This document shows positions 36,101-48,687 of a stretch of 64,000 nucleotides of DNA, piece after piece (within the stretch, counting starts at the first letter, position 1; every line of letters begins with the position of its first letter). A program made the translations under genes and the position numbers. Source of the DNA: Oopsacas minuta (Eukaryota; Animalia; Porifera); NCBI GenBank assembly GCA_024704765.1, contig JAKMXF010000299.1, forward strand, positions 1,092,863-1,156,862. The letters run 5' to 3'. The notes below the pieces were generated by a model that was not told the origin of the DNA, made no database searches, and was given only the letters and a program-made list of their open reading frames with translations.

Positions 36101-39100
36101 TTGTAATTTAAGGACTGGCAATGTAGCATATATAAATATTCTTTCAAAAATCACATTCAGAATAAAGATTTTGTACGCTGATAATGCCATTAGTATCGAA
36201 TTCCTTTCTTTGTCTAATGCATAACTAGTGAAAAAGCTCAAAATTTCTTCATTTAAACACATATATTTATTAATCATTTGATAAACTAAACTATGAACAG
36301 GTTGTGTTACAACTAACCACAAAACTAAGTGGTCTACACTCAACAAAGCTATTGCTATAAGTATCTGTGATGACAATAATGAAATGAAAACACCATCAAT
36401 AAACAATGCATCCTACAATTGCAAAATCCAGAAACATTTCGAACGTTAGATAACTCATAAAAATTTGCCCCACCTACCCACAACTGAGCTTCAGATGTAT
36501 TAAAGAAATAATAGCTATATTAATCAGACTTTTCACTATCAATACAATACTGACATCACTCTTCAAATTGTTATACACTGTTAAATCAGAGTCAGATGAT
36601 GCCCACACAATAAGAAGCCTATCGTGTCGCAATTCGAATTCAAATGTCGATAAATCCAGGTTATGAAATGATGAAACCGAAATTGAACATTCAGCTACGC
36701 TTCTACTTATATCTTTGACAATACTAGATGTTTTTCTCCGATTCTCTTTTAGACATAACTAGCTTAGTAATGCTAAAACTCACTTGTAACTGCTCCTCTG
36801 AATCAAGGGGGCTTGCTGTTAATTAGGATGTGGATTAACTGGTAAATTCACTTCTAATAATATACGGACTAAATGTTGTTTGAATTATTCTTTCATTTAA
36901 AATGAGTTTTTGCCTCTTGTAAGCTCTATTATAAGAGAAAACCTTCACAAATCGATCCTGAAATTGAACTGGGAATGTTGGCACTGATTAACAGCCTGCT
37001 GATGAGAGCTTCAAAAGAATGAACAGTGGAGACCATTTCACATTTCTTTAGCCTGATATCCCTTTGAAATTCTAGAGACATAACTAAATGTAAATATATG
37101 GACATACAAAATTTTATTCGGTTCCAATTATAATTATCTTTGTATATACCGAACGTTACCAAAACGGCAACTAAGGGATTGCGGGAATCTGTCGGATAGG
37201 CTATATGTTATCATATTTGCGAACTAGAGCAAGAAAAAGCGTGACGGAAGGTAATAATTAAGCTTATTCCCCTTAAAGACTAGTGATTTAATTTAATTAA
37301 TTTGATTGTTCGGAATATGAAACTTAAGTTGGAGTGATCGGTACTGGTTTATCTAGATACCACTAATGAAGAGCAAAACAGAAATTTCACAGGCTAACAT
37401 AGTGGAAATTAGTATAGATATAGGAATGAGAGAGTTAGATGAAGTTTTGGAACATTTGGAGCATTTCCGAAGAGAGTGCAATCCAATGCGAGCACGCCAC
37501 AACTCAATGATAACCATGAATATGTCAGATCATGAAAATATTATATAGGCAGACGAAATAATGAAGAACAAGAAACAAGAAATATCAAATCTGGGAGCAA
37601 ACGTATAAGCAAAAATATCAAAAAGCAAACAAAGCAGAATCAGGAGATTGAAACAAAAATATCAAAAAAATATTATCATCGCGAAAGGGTGTATAATATA
37701 TTCAGTCAGTGAATGAACATATTTCGTTGAATAGGTAAAAATAGACTATTCTAATTTGGAATCGTAACTATCTAAGCTTGGGATCAATCATCTTGTAAAC
37801 ATGACAAACATTTCCTTGAGGCTGTCATACTTGTATGCACAAATACATTTTGTTTGGAAAATGGTGAAGCTTAGAAGTTTATAGACAACAGAAGTCTATA
37901 AAAAAGTACTAGCACCCCTTGCGTTTTTGAAGTGAATTGAATTATAGAAAACACAAGACGGTAACTGTATATATTTAGGCAATTCTGTTCATAAATGTTT
38001 TTCCAGAATTGAGTTCAAAGTTAAGAGCTCGTAATCCATAAAAAATTGAGAAATTATCGATTTTTAGATGGTTGATGCGGGTGAGAATTTCCATTATTTC
38101 TTGTTAAAATTGATATTGTTATAAACGTTTACATCTCATCTATTGATGAATATCTAAATAATTGAGATTCAGTTAGATTCAGTGTAAGAAATATGAGTTT
38201 TAACTTGCCATACTTTATGTATTCCCCTTAATAACCTCTACCAACTAAAAATCTGAATTGCCATAACTCCGCGAGTTTTCAATATCTTTTAATGAAATTT
38301 AAGTTACATAAACGTTGATGTGGCACAAATTTGTATACTATTTTTAGAATTGAATTCTAACTTCGTATACATAGGCAATGATCAAAGATTTCCTATAAAA
38401 AGTAAAAACTTCAACACAAAAATCATATCCCTTAAAACATTTACTCTCTTCTATCGAATGAGATTAATTTTTGTTAAAAATCTGATAAGTGGAATTGGAT
38501 TAAATTAGTGACTGAAGTATACATGGTCGAATTGTCTGCTAACTCACTCGTCAATTTGTAGTAAAAACTGTCCTCTACGTAATAAGTGGTCAACTCCCGT
38601 ATTACAACATGCATAAATTAGTTTTCAGATTCCAACAATGAATCTGAGTCTGATCCATAACCACCAGAGGACGATACAATCGTTTATCTCCAATGCGTTC
38701 CTAAACAACTAACAAAATGAAATTGTGATATATTTCACTAGTACTTTATAGAAACCTGGATGATTAAAGAATTATATTTAAAGTTTAGTCTTTAATGGTT
38801 CTTGCAATATTTGATAATTGATAACATTAGATTTTCAAAAGCTTTCCCAAATTTAAAATATAGATAGAATGCTGAATGTGACACAATAGTGTATATGCCC
38901 ATCAGGTGGTTATACACTGTTTTCCGAGCACGCTCCTCACAGTGTGCCAGGGTAACCATTACAACTATACATGTTTTGATGGGTCTATATAGTAAATCGA
39001 CATCGTAAATTCCAAAATTTCATTTAAATTTTACGTAATATTAACACTATTACCACTATTGGGAATATGACACCATTTCGGTGATTTCATTATTTTTTTA

Positions 39101-39195
39101 ACATTCATGGTTGAATGATATTATTTGTTATTTCTATGATTTAATTTATGGAATCAAGTCAAGTTTCTTAATAGATGGATTATTGCATATATATA

Positions 39196-40505
39196 CAGGG
39201 TGACCAATAAGTTCTGCACATAACTTTATATCGTACCAAAATCTTTCATGATTTAGATTGATTGACGTTACTGGTTGGATTTATTCTGTTATCTCTCGCA
39301 ATACAATATTCATTGAAAAATACACTATTTGAAAACCAGAAACAAATTATCAGCTATGGAGAAAGAACGGTCGGCGATTGTTGAATTATTTCAAAAAGGG
39401 AAAAAACAAAAAGAAATAATGAAACTTTTAAAAATTCCACAGACACGTCGGAATTTCGTAATCCGTACGATAAAACGCTTCAATGAAACTGGTGGCGTGA
39501 TGGACAGAGCCAGAACTGGTCGCCCGGTCTCCATCACGACTGTAAAGATGCGAAAGGTAGTGCGGAGTCGAGTGTAGCGAAATCCTCAGCGATCGATCAG
39601 AAAAATGGCTAAAGAACTGAAAATATCCCGTGGATCTCTTCAAACGATTGTCAAGAGAGACTTAGGGCTATCTTCGTTTAAGAAAAGGAAAATCCATTTC
39701 CTTTCAGACAAAATAAAGACAAAGAGGCTCTCAAGAAGCAAAGTCCTCCATACACGATTCGCAGCCCAGGGACTGGATCAAGTCCTTTTCTCCGATGAAA
39801 AACTTTTCACCGTTGAACAAGCATTCAATCGTCAAAACGATAGAATATTATCTAAAAGCACTTCTACTATCCCTGATGAGTACAGGTACGTCAAAAGAGT
39901 CCAGAAACCACTCTCGTTGATGGTTTGGGCCGGAGTATCTTCTGTTGGCCAGACACCACTGGTTTTCGTCCCTGCAGGGGTCAAAATAAATGCTGCAACG
40001 TATAAGGAGCTCATTTTACAGCTCATTGTGAAAGGTCTTGGTGAGATGATGTTTGAAAACCAGCCGTTCATATTCCAACAAGACGGTGCTCCTGCCCATA
40101 CAGCAAACAGTACTCAGGAATGGCTTCGGACAAATATTCCTGACTTTATCTCAAAGGTAGAATGGCCGCCGTCTAGCCCAGACCTTAACCCTCTAGATTT
40201 CTCAGTGTGGCCCATTTTAGAGTCAAGTGCTTGCTCGAAGTCCCATAACAGTATTGAGTCTCTAAAGCAATCTCTGACGAGAGAATGGGAAAAAATCCCA
40301 CAGGAGATGCTGCGTACCGCAGTGTGGGCAGTCCCCGGGCGTCTGAAGGCTGTTATCAAAAAGAAAGGCGGATACATAGAATAGAGATTGTGCACAATAA
40401 AACTCATAATGCCAAACTACTTATGCTAAAATATCAACTCAATATAATGAATATTGGTTAAATTATAGTAGTTTTTCTATGTGCCAGAACTTATTGGCCA
40501 CCCTG
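39196..40505 (+). mobile_element. maT-family (DD37D) element, one in-frame stop
   Basis: TIRs CAGGGTGACCAATAAGTTCTG / CAGAACTTATTGGCCACCCTG with TA TSD. ORF from ATG 39356 to 40384 is broken only by TAG at 39575-39577. FSDEK, QQDGAPAH and SPDLNPLD with 37-residue spacing. Confidence 0.95.
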
Positions 40506-40515
40506 TAAATAGCTA

Positions 40516-43500
40516 CAGTCTGTTACATATTTATTTAGAATTGTTACTTAAGCCGAAACTTATTAGAGTTACGGTATACATTGCCATATATATCCCAAAT
40601 TGAGAGTGAAGTAATAGATCTTAATAATTAATAGGATACCCGTTGCCCTCTACTACTAGTTAGCATCTTCTGGGCATTGATTCCCAGTAAGCTTTAAGAC
40701 AGGCTTGTCCAACCTACGGCCCGCGGGCCACAATCCGGCCCCGCGAGAGGATTCTATCCGGCCCGCCAACATGCTCGGGAACTGTTACCAGTTGGTGGCG
40801 ATATTTAATTGAGTGAAACCTATTTGAGCGAACTCAATTAAGAGAAACCCAATATTGCAAAACCAAATTGAATGAAACCAATTTCAGAAAAGTGTGATTT
40901 CAATAACTTAAAAATCCTTAAATAACTTTGTAATTTAGTTTTGATTGAGTAATCATCTGTCACATAACTGGGTTTCTCTCAACTCGAACAGCTCATATAA
41001 ATTCCAAATAATAAACCATCTTAAACAATATTAAAATAACTACAAAACAAATATGTCAACTCGCGTGATTAAAGCAAAGAAAAGGAAAATCGATAGTGAA
41101 TGTCGAGTTTTCAAATCCTCATGGACATTAGATTTTTTCGTCGTAGAACACAACGAATACTTATTGTGCTTGATATGTCAGGAGAAGATAGCTGTATTTA
41201 AAGAGTATAATATCAAACGACATTACTCTACTAAACATGCAGATACATTTGACACGCTTACAGGTCAGGTGAGAATCGATCGGGTGAACCTGTTGAAGGA
41301 TAGCATCAACAGTCAACAATCTTTCTTCAAAGCCGTTAAATTAAGTTCTGAGACAGCAACAAAGATCAGCTTTCTGATAACAGAAGCGATAGCCAAGAGT
41401 GGAAAACCATTGTCTGAAGGGGAATTTGTAAAAGACTGCTTAGACATATTTACATCTGTGGCATGCCCAAATAAGAAGTCGATAGTAGAGAGCATCAGTC
41501 TGTCACATCAAACTGTTGCTAGAAGAGTAGATGATTTATCATCCAACATTGAAATTTCACTAATTAAACGACTCAATGCTTGCAAATTTTACAACTTGGC
41601 CCTTGATGAAAGTACCGATGTTAGCGACACAGCTCAACTGACAATCTTTGTACGTGGTGTCACAGAAAATTTCGAAATAATCGAAGAACTGCTCGACTTA
41701 TGTCCAATGAAAGGCACAACTACTGGGCAAGATATTTTCAATGTAGTAAAACATGTGTTTACGAAATTCAAACTTGCAGATGAAAAACTAAGTGGTTTAA
41801 CAACCGATGAAGCCCTTGCGATGACAGGAAAGCATAAAGGCTTTGTTAGCCTTATGCTCAAATCAATGACCTCTCCTGTTATGGCATACCACTGCATTAT
41901 TCATCAAGAACAACTTTGTGCAAAAATCTTAGATATGAAACATGTGATGGAAAATGTCGTCAATACAGTCAATTTCATAAGGTCGAAGGGACTCAATCAC
42001 AGACAATTCCAAGCGTTTCTTGCAGAGATAGGATCAGACTATAACGATGTTATTTACTTTAGCCAAGTTCGCTGGCTCAGCAGAGCGTCCACTCTAGCCA
42101 GATACTGGTCACTACTTGAAGAAATAAAAACATTCATGACCATTAAGGGAAAGGATGTGAGCTTTCTGGATGATGATCAGTGGTTGAATGATCTCGCATT
42201 TCTAGTTGACATAACTAAGTATCTCGCAGATTTAAATCTGAAACTACAAGGAAGAAAACAATTCGTTAACAACCTGTATGAGCATGTCAAAGCGCTCATC
42301 AACAAATTACAATTATTTCACCAGCAATTTATTTTGAAAAGGTGGTACATTTCTCAACATTATCTTCAAGAAAAAGTGAGACAGTGAATCATGATAAGTG
42401 TTCTGCACTGATCAACAGCTTAATCGATGAATTTAAACTAAGATTTTCTGATTTTAGTGACAAATTCGATGAAATGGAGTTGTTTGCAGATCCGTTTGGA
42501 ACTGATGCCACTAATGCTCCTGAAATGTTCCAACTGGAACTAATCGAAATACAAAATAACTCGGAGAGAAAGAGAGCTTTTGCAGAGCATGACCTTCTGA
42601 CATTTTATGGTCAATATGTTACATCGGATCTATTTCCTGATTTATCGCAACACGCCCTTAGGTTCCTTTCCTTATTTGGCAGCACGTATTGCTGTGGACA
42701 GCTTTTCTCAATGATGAAAAATGTTAAAAGCAAGTCTAGATCACTCCTGACAGACACTCATCTATCAGGAATATTACGGATTGCGACATCAAGTGTACGA
42801 GCAGATATTGACTCTTTGTGTAAACAAAAACAAAGTCAGATATCCCATTAGATATGTTCTTTATCATTAAAGTTTACTATAATTAAATAATACATGTAGT
42901 GATTTTTCAATTCCGAAATAATCCGTATTAACGCCATCCCCAAATAAATAACATCATGCTACCTTGATATATCCAATGTCGTGCGGCCCTCAAGTAGATA
43001 AAGAAGCCCTCATTTGGCCCGCGAACAAAAAAGGTTAGACAAGCCTGCTTTAAGATATCTAGTTGAATACGATTCCAGACCGCTTCTAAATTGAGTTTCA
43101 GTTCTGGAATTGTCATTTGGCCTAGCTTAAGTATCTCTCGCTTCACCCATGCGAATAAATTTTCAATGGGTTGAGATCTGGACTTTGTGAAGGCCATGGA
43201 ATCTGATTTGGTACATTTTTTGCCAACCAGGTGCGGACCTTTTGCGAGGTGGGTTTGGATCATTATCCATCACCAATCGCCAGTGACTTTCATGATATAC
43301 CTGTACCTGAGTTATCAAATATCCTTCCATTATATCTAAAAACATCCTACTGTTCATATTGTTAGTGAAAACGCACAATGGGAATGTACCCATAGATGAG
43401 AATGCAGCCCACACGTGTATCTTTGGGACATGCTTCGTTGTTGGGGCGATCCTTTTTTGTTGGATTTTGTCCACATCCTTAATCTTCCCCTCGAGAGCCA

Positions 43501-44213
43501 GATTGAGATCTCGTCAAGAAGTATTGTTTGGGCCCATTGTTTCTTCGAGTATTTGTACTTTTTTGCCCATTCTATCCTGTACATGTGATTTTTTTCACTC
43601 AGCATAGGGATCTGAACAGGGTAAGGTTTGTTGTAAGATTGGTCCTTCAACACTCTCCGGACAGTCTGATAGGAAGCCTGATTACCTGTACGACTTGCTA
43701 ATGTTCGCAGAGAGAGGTATGGTTTACATCGTACCTGGTGAAGAATAGACAATTTGATGGAAGATCGCAAGTAATTGGGTCTCCCTGCGCCCTTTTGGTG
43801 AGACAGCGGTACACCTTCATCTAATCGGCGTTTAACATTGTAAACAGTAGCTAAGGAAATTCCACAATTAACAGAGATTTCCTCGGGCAAAAGCTTCCCG
43901 GAAGGTAGAAGTGTCTTCACAATTTCCCTCTTCTCGTATTGAGTCATTTTCAGAGCTAATTGTCAAGTAGGGAAATAATTGAGGTAAATAATAGTAATGG
44001 AGGTCAAAATGAATATTTAAATGACGTCATAATTAATATTAAAGAGTAAAATTTCCGGAAAAAATAAGATAATGACTTGGTTCAGGAATTTTAGCAAAAT
44101 ATATCATTAAGCCATTATGAACAGCGAAACACAAGTAGCCTGAGTGAAGTAAGACAAATTACTGAGGTTTTGTAACAAAACATCTCCATTCTAAATAATT
44201 ATGTAACAGACTG
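40516..44213 (-). mobile_element. Tc1 (DD34E) element interrupted by a hAT insertion
   Basis: TIRs CAGTCTGTTACATA.TTATTTAGAAT at both ends, TA TSD. Transposase runs from 43947 with LLDE, VMDNDP and SQSPDLNPIEN (34 spacing); its C-terminus (LKAYWESMPRRC...GYPINY*) resumes at 40699-40620 beyond the hAT. Confidence 0.92.
40700..43047 (+). mobile_element. hAT Charlie/SPIN-type (GTF2IRD2-like) element, near-intact
   Basis: TIRs CAGGCTTGTCCAACC / GGTTAGACAAGCCTG; perfect TSD CTTTAAGA. ORFs 41053..42387 and 42342..42851 join with one frameshift near 42338. Motifs CLIC...KRHY..KH, LALDESTD, HCIIH, VRWLSR and FGSTYCCGQLFS. Confidence 0.95.
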
Positions 44214-47200
44214 TATTATATAATAATGAACCAGGGGTGTAGTTTTTCCCTTACTACATATTTGAGGGGATTATACCTTGTAGAAAAACTGTTACTAAAT
44301 ATATAAACTCAATCTCAAATTTTCTTTAATTAAGTATTTATGTTTCTCCAATACTATGCTATTATATCAGATATCTCGGGGCTATTTGGATCATTTGGAC
44401 CCAAATTCCTCGCCTTGGATGTAAAACGATTCTACACTAATAGGGGATCACTACAACACAAGGCGAACGAGAATTTCTCGTACATTGTCAGAGAATGATG
44501 TTTTTCTGGAAAGATTTTCCCTATGCAGCCTCACGAACTTATTTCAAGCTTCTAAACATTCGCCTCATAGATTTTGCAATCCTCTGCATTATTGTATTCT
44601 CCAATAATCTTTAAAGAATGGGAAAGTAGCTTGCGTAAAGAGGGGGTAATGGTCGCCCATGGGAACTGAACTAAGATGTATTCATAAGAAACCTTCAGGA
44701 TCATGGACTATCTCAATCTCATCCATCAAAGTTATTTCTCTACGATCTGGAGACAAGTAATTTAACTTGACATTCAAGTACTTTTATTAATTTATCTTTT
44801 GCTCGCTCCGATCTCTAAACAGTCCAATAAATAGGTTTATTTATCGATTAGCGCTTTGTGCAAGACTCTGCTAAAAGAACCCTTGTTGATGATCTCATTA
44901 CACACTTGTGAAGTATCACCACCGTATGAATTATTAGAGATTAATTCTAAAGCCAAAGCAGCTAGTTTTAGGCTCGACATATTCTCTTTCAGCTAAGGAA
45001 TAAATATAGTCTAAAAGAATGCTCAGTCTAGACCTGGAAGATTGAAGATTGGAATGAAGTAAATGCTTTCTGAAACGATGGACAGTTTCTTCAGAGAAAT
45101 TTCGACTTGCAGAAATAGAACTTTACCAAAGGTTCTAATCCAGAATCGAGTGAAATTCTCTTATTTCTCGGATTGGAAGTTGGTAGAGGAGGAGTATATG
45201 AATGGAAGGTCAACTTCTCCCAGGTCTCAAGATCACACTTCTTCAGGTATTACTCTCTAGATAATATAAGAGAATTGAACTTATATAGAATATCATCATG
45301 TTCTTCATGTGAAATATTCATATCATCAATAAGAAACTGAACAGCTGCTTTAGGACTTTTGCCCTTGAAGTATAAATAATATCTGCATCGTTGTTGGTCA
45401 CACAGTGGTCACTACTTCACTAGGTGCTATTGTTTTAAAAGTATTTTCATGTATCATCTAAATTTACATCAGGACAAGAATATCTAGAATTTACTTAAAT
45501 TTCAAAAAAATTCTGAAAATATATTTTGCGCCCCGGTGCACTTCTGAAAACTGGTGTATAATTTCAAAAATGTAAGCACTATAAGCGATTAACAATAAAT
45601 TCTCGTCCTCTTTATTCAGTTGAAAGATGTAGCACTCCAAATAGTAAATTGGAACTAAGATTTCCCTCAAGGCAGTCAAAACCAGACAGCCAAACAAATT
45701 TTGGAAACAATGATACTTACATTAATTGCATAAACTGTTCTAATATATGAAATACTTCAAATTGAAGATTAACTACAAACGTTACTCAGTATATATTCGG
45801 AACAAAAATTGTTGCTAAGGTAGTTAGGTATATACAATTGCCATTGCTATTTTAAATATTCTAAAATATGCTTACTTTAGCTCGCTGTAATCAAAATTCC
45901 TATGAGTCATACATACAATCATCAATATTTTCCTACTAAGTCAACGATAGAGTTTCTCAAAAATGTAGTTAAATTCGTAATTGAAATTTTGCAATATGCC
46001 ATATTGGCACGCTGTGCTCCTAGTGCTCCTCCCGAATTTTCATATAACTCAAATAGTAAATTTGTTCAACGATATAGGGAAATCCACCATTTTCAGGCTC
46101 CTAACTACTTTCTTTAATGGTCATGTTCCGGCGTGGTGCTCCTACATAATTCCTTAATCCCTGTATATGGTAATTTTTACTTTAAGCAGATTTCTTCAAA
46201 GAAATCATATCAAATGTATTTTCCAGATATGGGAAGTCGGGTATTTACTACAGATTGCATATACTGATTTGATTATAATTTGACGATTATAATATCAAGT
46301 TATAATTAAATATTCTTCAAAATGGCACCTGGTCTCTACTGTAACAAAAGAACTAGTCAACTTTAGTATAAAAATTTTTCGACATTTTGTATAAATCTAT
46401 GCATCATTTCATATAGTAGTTGTGAAATGAAAGACGTATTTTTTTATACTCTACAAGGGATCAAAGAATGACATATTTCACTAGAAAAATGATTGCTAGA
46501 CAGATAGTTTAACACATTATTGAAATATTTTATCATAAAATGGTTGATAATTTGTTGCTCTATAAATGCGATATACATTAATTCTGGCAGAAATACACCC
46601 AATATAGAAATCATACGTCATTTTCAATATCGGCTAACACATCAGTAGTCCAAAACCAAGTTACTTTTTTGGCTTTATGTATAGTAGCCTATAGCCTAGA
46701 GGCCACATGATCGCAACAGAAGTATCTTTGCGGGGCCTGTGCCCGGTACGAATTTGTTATAAACACCTACATTATCACAGAGAATGATATATAAAAGTAT
46801 ATAATAGCTCAAGATACAAATTTGAATTTGGTACATTTATAGATCTGTGTATATGTTTCGTTGAGACAAGTTTCGAATGCATAGATAATTGCCCACATGG
46901 TCATCCATTTATCCAAGATGGAGTTTTATTGTGATTATTGCCAGAACATTTTAAACCCATTTCATCTGGACTCTCTGCTGAAATATTGCTAAATTTAATT
47001 GTGATGATACATCTGAACTTAGATAGTACACAACCAGAGTTTAGTCCTATATAAATTAATAACTCTAACGCTAGGTGGTTGTAAATATTGGAAAATTTTA
47101 TTTTTGGACTAAAATTGACTTTTCATTCATCCGTATGTAAATGAAGAATGTTATACGATTTTGATGAGAAATTTGAAATGCTAGGATAACAAATATCCAG

Positions 47201-48019
47201 GTTGCTAATTTTTAGTGTTCCATCATTCCGGAATACCAAAATAAGAACCAGATAAGTAGTTGAAACTGAATTACGGGAAAATATGATGAATAATGGGAAG
47301 TTTTAAAGGGGCGTAATCTGGAAACGTAACGAGATAATCATTGAATATTATGAGTCAACACCTTAATCCCACAAGGAAGAGAGTTGATGAATTACAGCCA
47401 ATACTGGAATGGTCACCTGGGAAATCTTTCTAAATAGGTCGATTTGGCATTGAATGACCCAGAATATTATCGACGAAAGGTTGGAGACAAATTTCAGCCA
47501 TTTTTATATAAGGTGGAAAGTGAACACAGTGACAGTGAAGAAATGTTGCTATGAATAGACAATTTGGGTTATATTGGTTGTTTTAGTCTATCGTCCGTTG
47601 TTAGTATTTAGGTGTTAGCCATAGGATATATTTCCACATTAACGAAAAAGTCGATATTTAAATGTCACCTTCCAAATACTGTGTTAGAGTACTTGCAATA
47701 CTAAAGTTCAGAAATTTACATTTTAGAACTAGCTTGCTCAATGACATCGTTCATTGATTCAATTAAAAAACTTTAAGTTATCTATCCATGATCAGGAACC
47801 CCGGGAAAACATTAATAATTATACAATATAAATGTTGCTAACTGTGAAAGTGGAAATATTAATCTATAATCAAAGTCTACAAAGGAAAGGAATGAAAGAC
47901 TATATAATTTGGTCTTAAACTAGCATAATAGCGAGATCTCGTTTACTTGAAAGAAATCGACCATAATTTTACATTTTAAACATGCATAATTTATCTCCTA
48001 TTACTATCAAGAGACACCT

Positions 48020-48172
48020 TATATATAGCTGAGCTATAGTATAGTACAAATATTTTGCAATACAAAATCCTATACCCTCATTCGAAAGGTGACTTTCATT
48101 AATCCCCAAAATGACCTTTCCTCGAGGATAGTAATACACAAAAACTGTACTATAGTATAGCTGAGCTATATA
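48020..48172. repeat. Short foldback element next to a (TA)n tract
   Basis: TATATAGCTGAGCTATAGTATAGTACA ... TGTACTATAGTATAGCTGAGCTATATA (25/27 inverted match). Confidence 0.55.
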
Positions 48173-48687
48173 TATATATATATATATAAGTTAATTGTAC
48201 TATCAATACCTATATCACATTATTTATATATTTATTGCGATTCATCTTCCCTTATTAAATTGCAAGCATACATTAATGCAGCTGAACCAAATTTTGCGCT
48301 TTTACTCGACTTGTCACATTTTCAGTGGTGAGAGCCTGAATAATATGCAAAGTTTAATATTAAGTTCCGCTCTTACAGTTAACACAGAGCCCCACAGAAG
48401 ATCCATATAAGGTTGTATGTCCAGAATTGACGAAGACTAAGAGTCATAGGCCTGAACTTTTGCATATCGGGATATTTTGGGCTCAGCTCAAATAATTTCA
48501 AAACATTTACAAAAATATGGCTTATATGTCACCTCCTTGGATAATCAAAATCATTCCATGTATAGAATATAATACAAGAATTATCCTATGTAAAGATACA
48601 CAAATGTCTAATAGGATGAATCAAATAAATGATAAATCAAAGGATGGGAATAAAAATTTTCAGTGAAACCAACACAGCCATAAATCT

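Larger units (their letters stand above)
38938..46016 (-). mobile_element. RAG1/Transib-like transposon copy 2 (internally deleted, carrying three nested elements)
   Basis: Starts CACAGTGTGCCA; ends TTGGCACGCTGTG; perfect 5-bp TSD CTCCT (38933-38937, 46017-46021). Segments 38938-39195 and 44215-46016 are colinear with 10362-13257; ~770 bp of catalytic core (11085-11850 of copy 1) is missing near 44687. Confidence 0.9.

Noticed and set aside
37366-37680. Charged ORF fragments as a gag remnant or host gene
   Set aside because: Low-complexity A-rich sequence with stops and no diagnostic motif.
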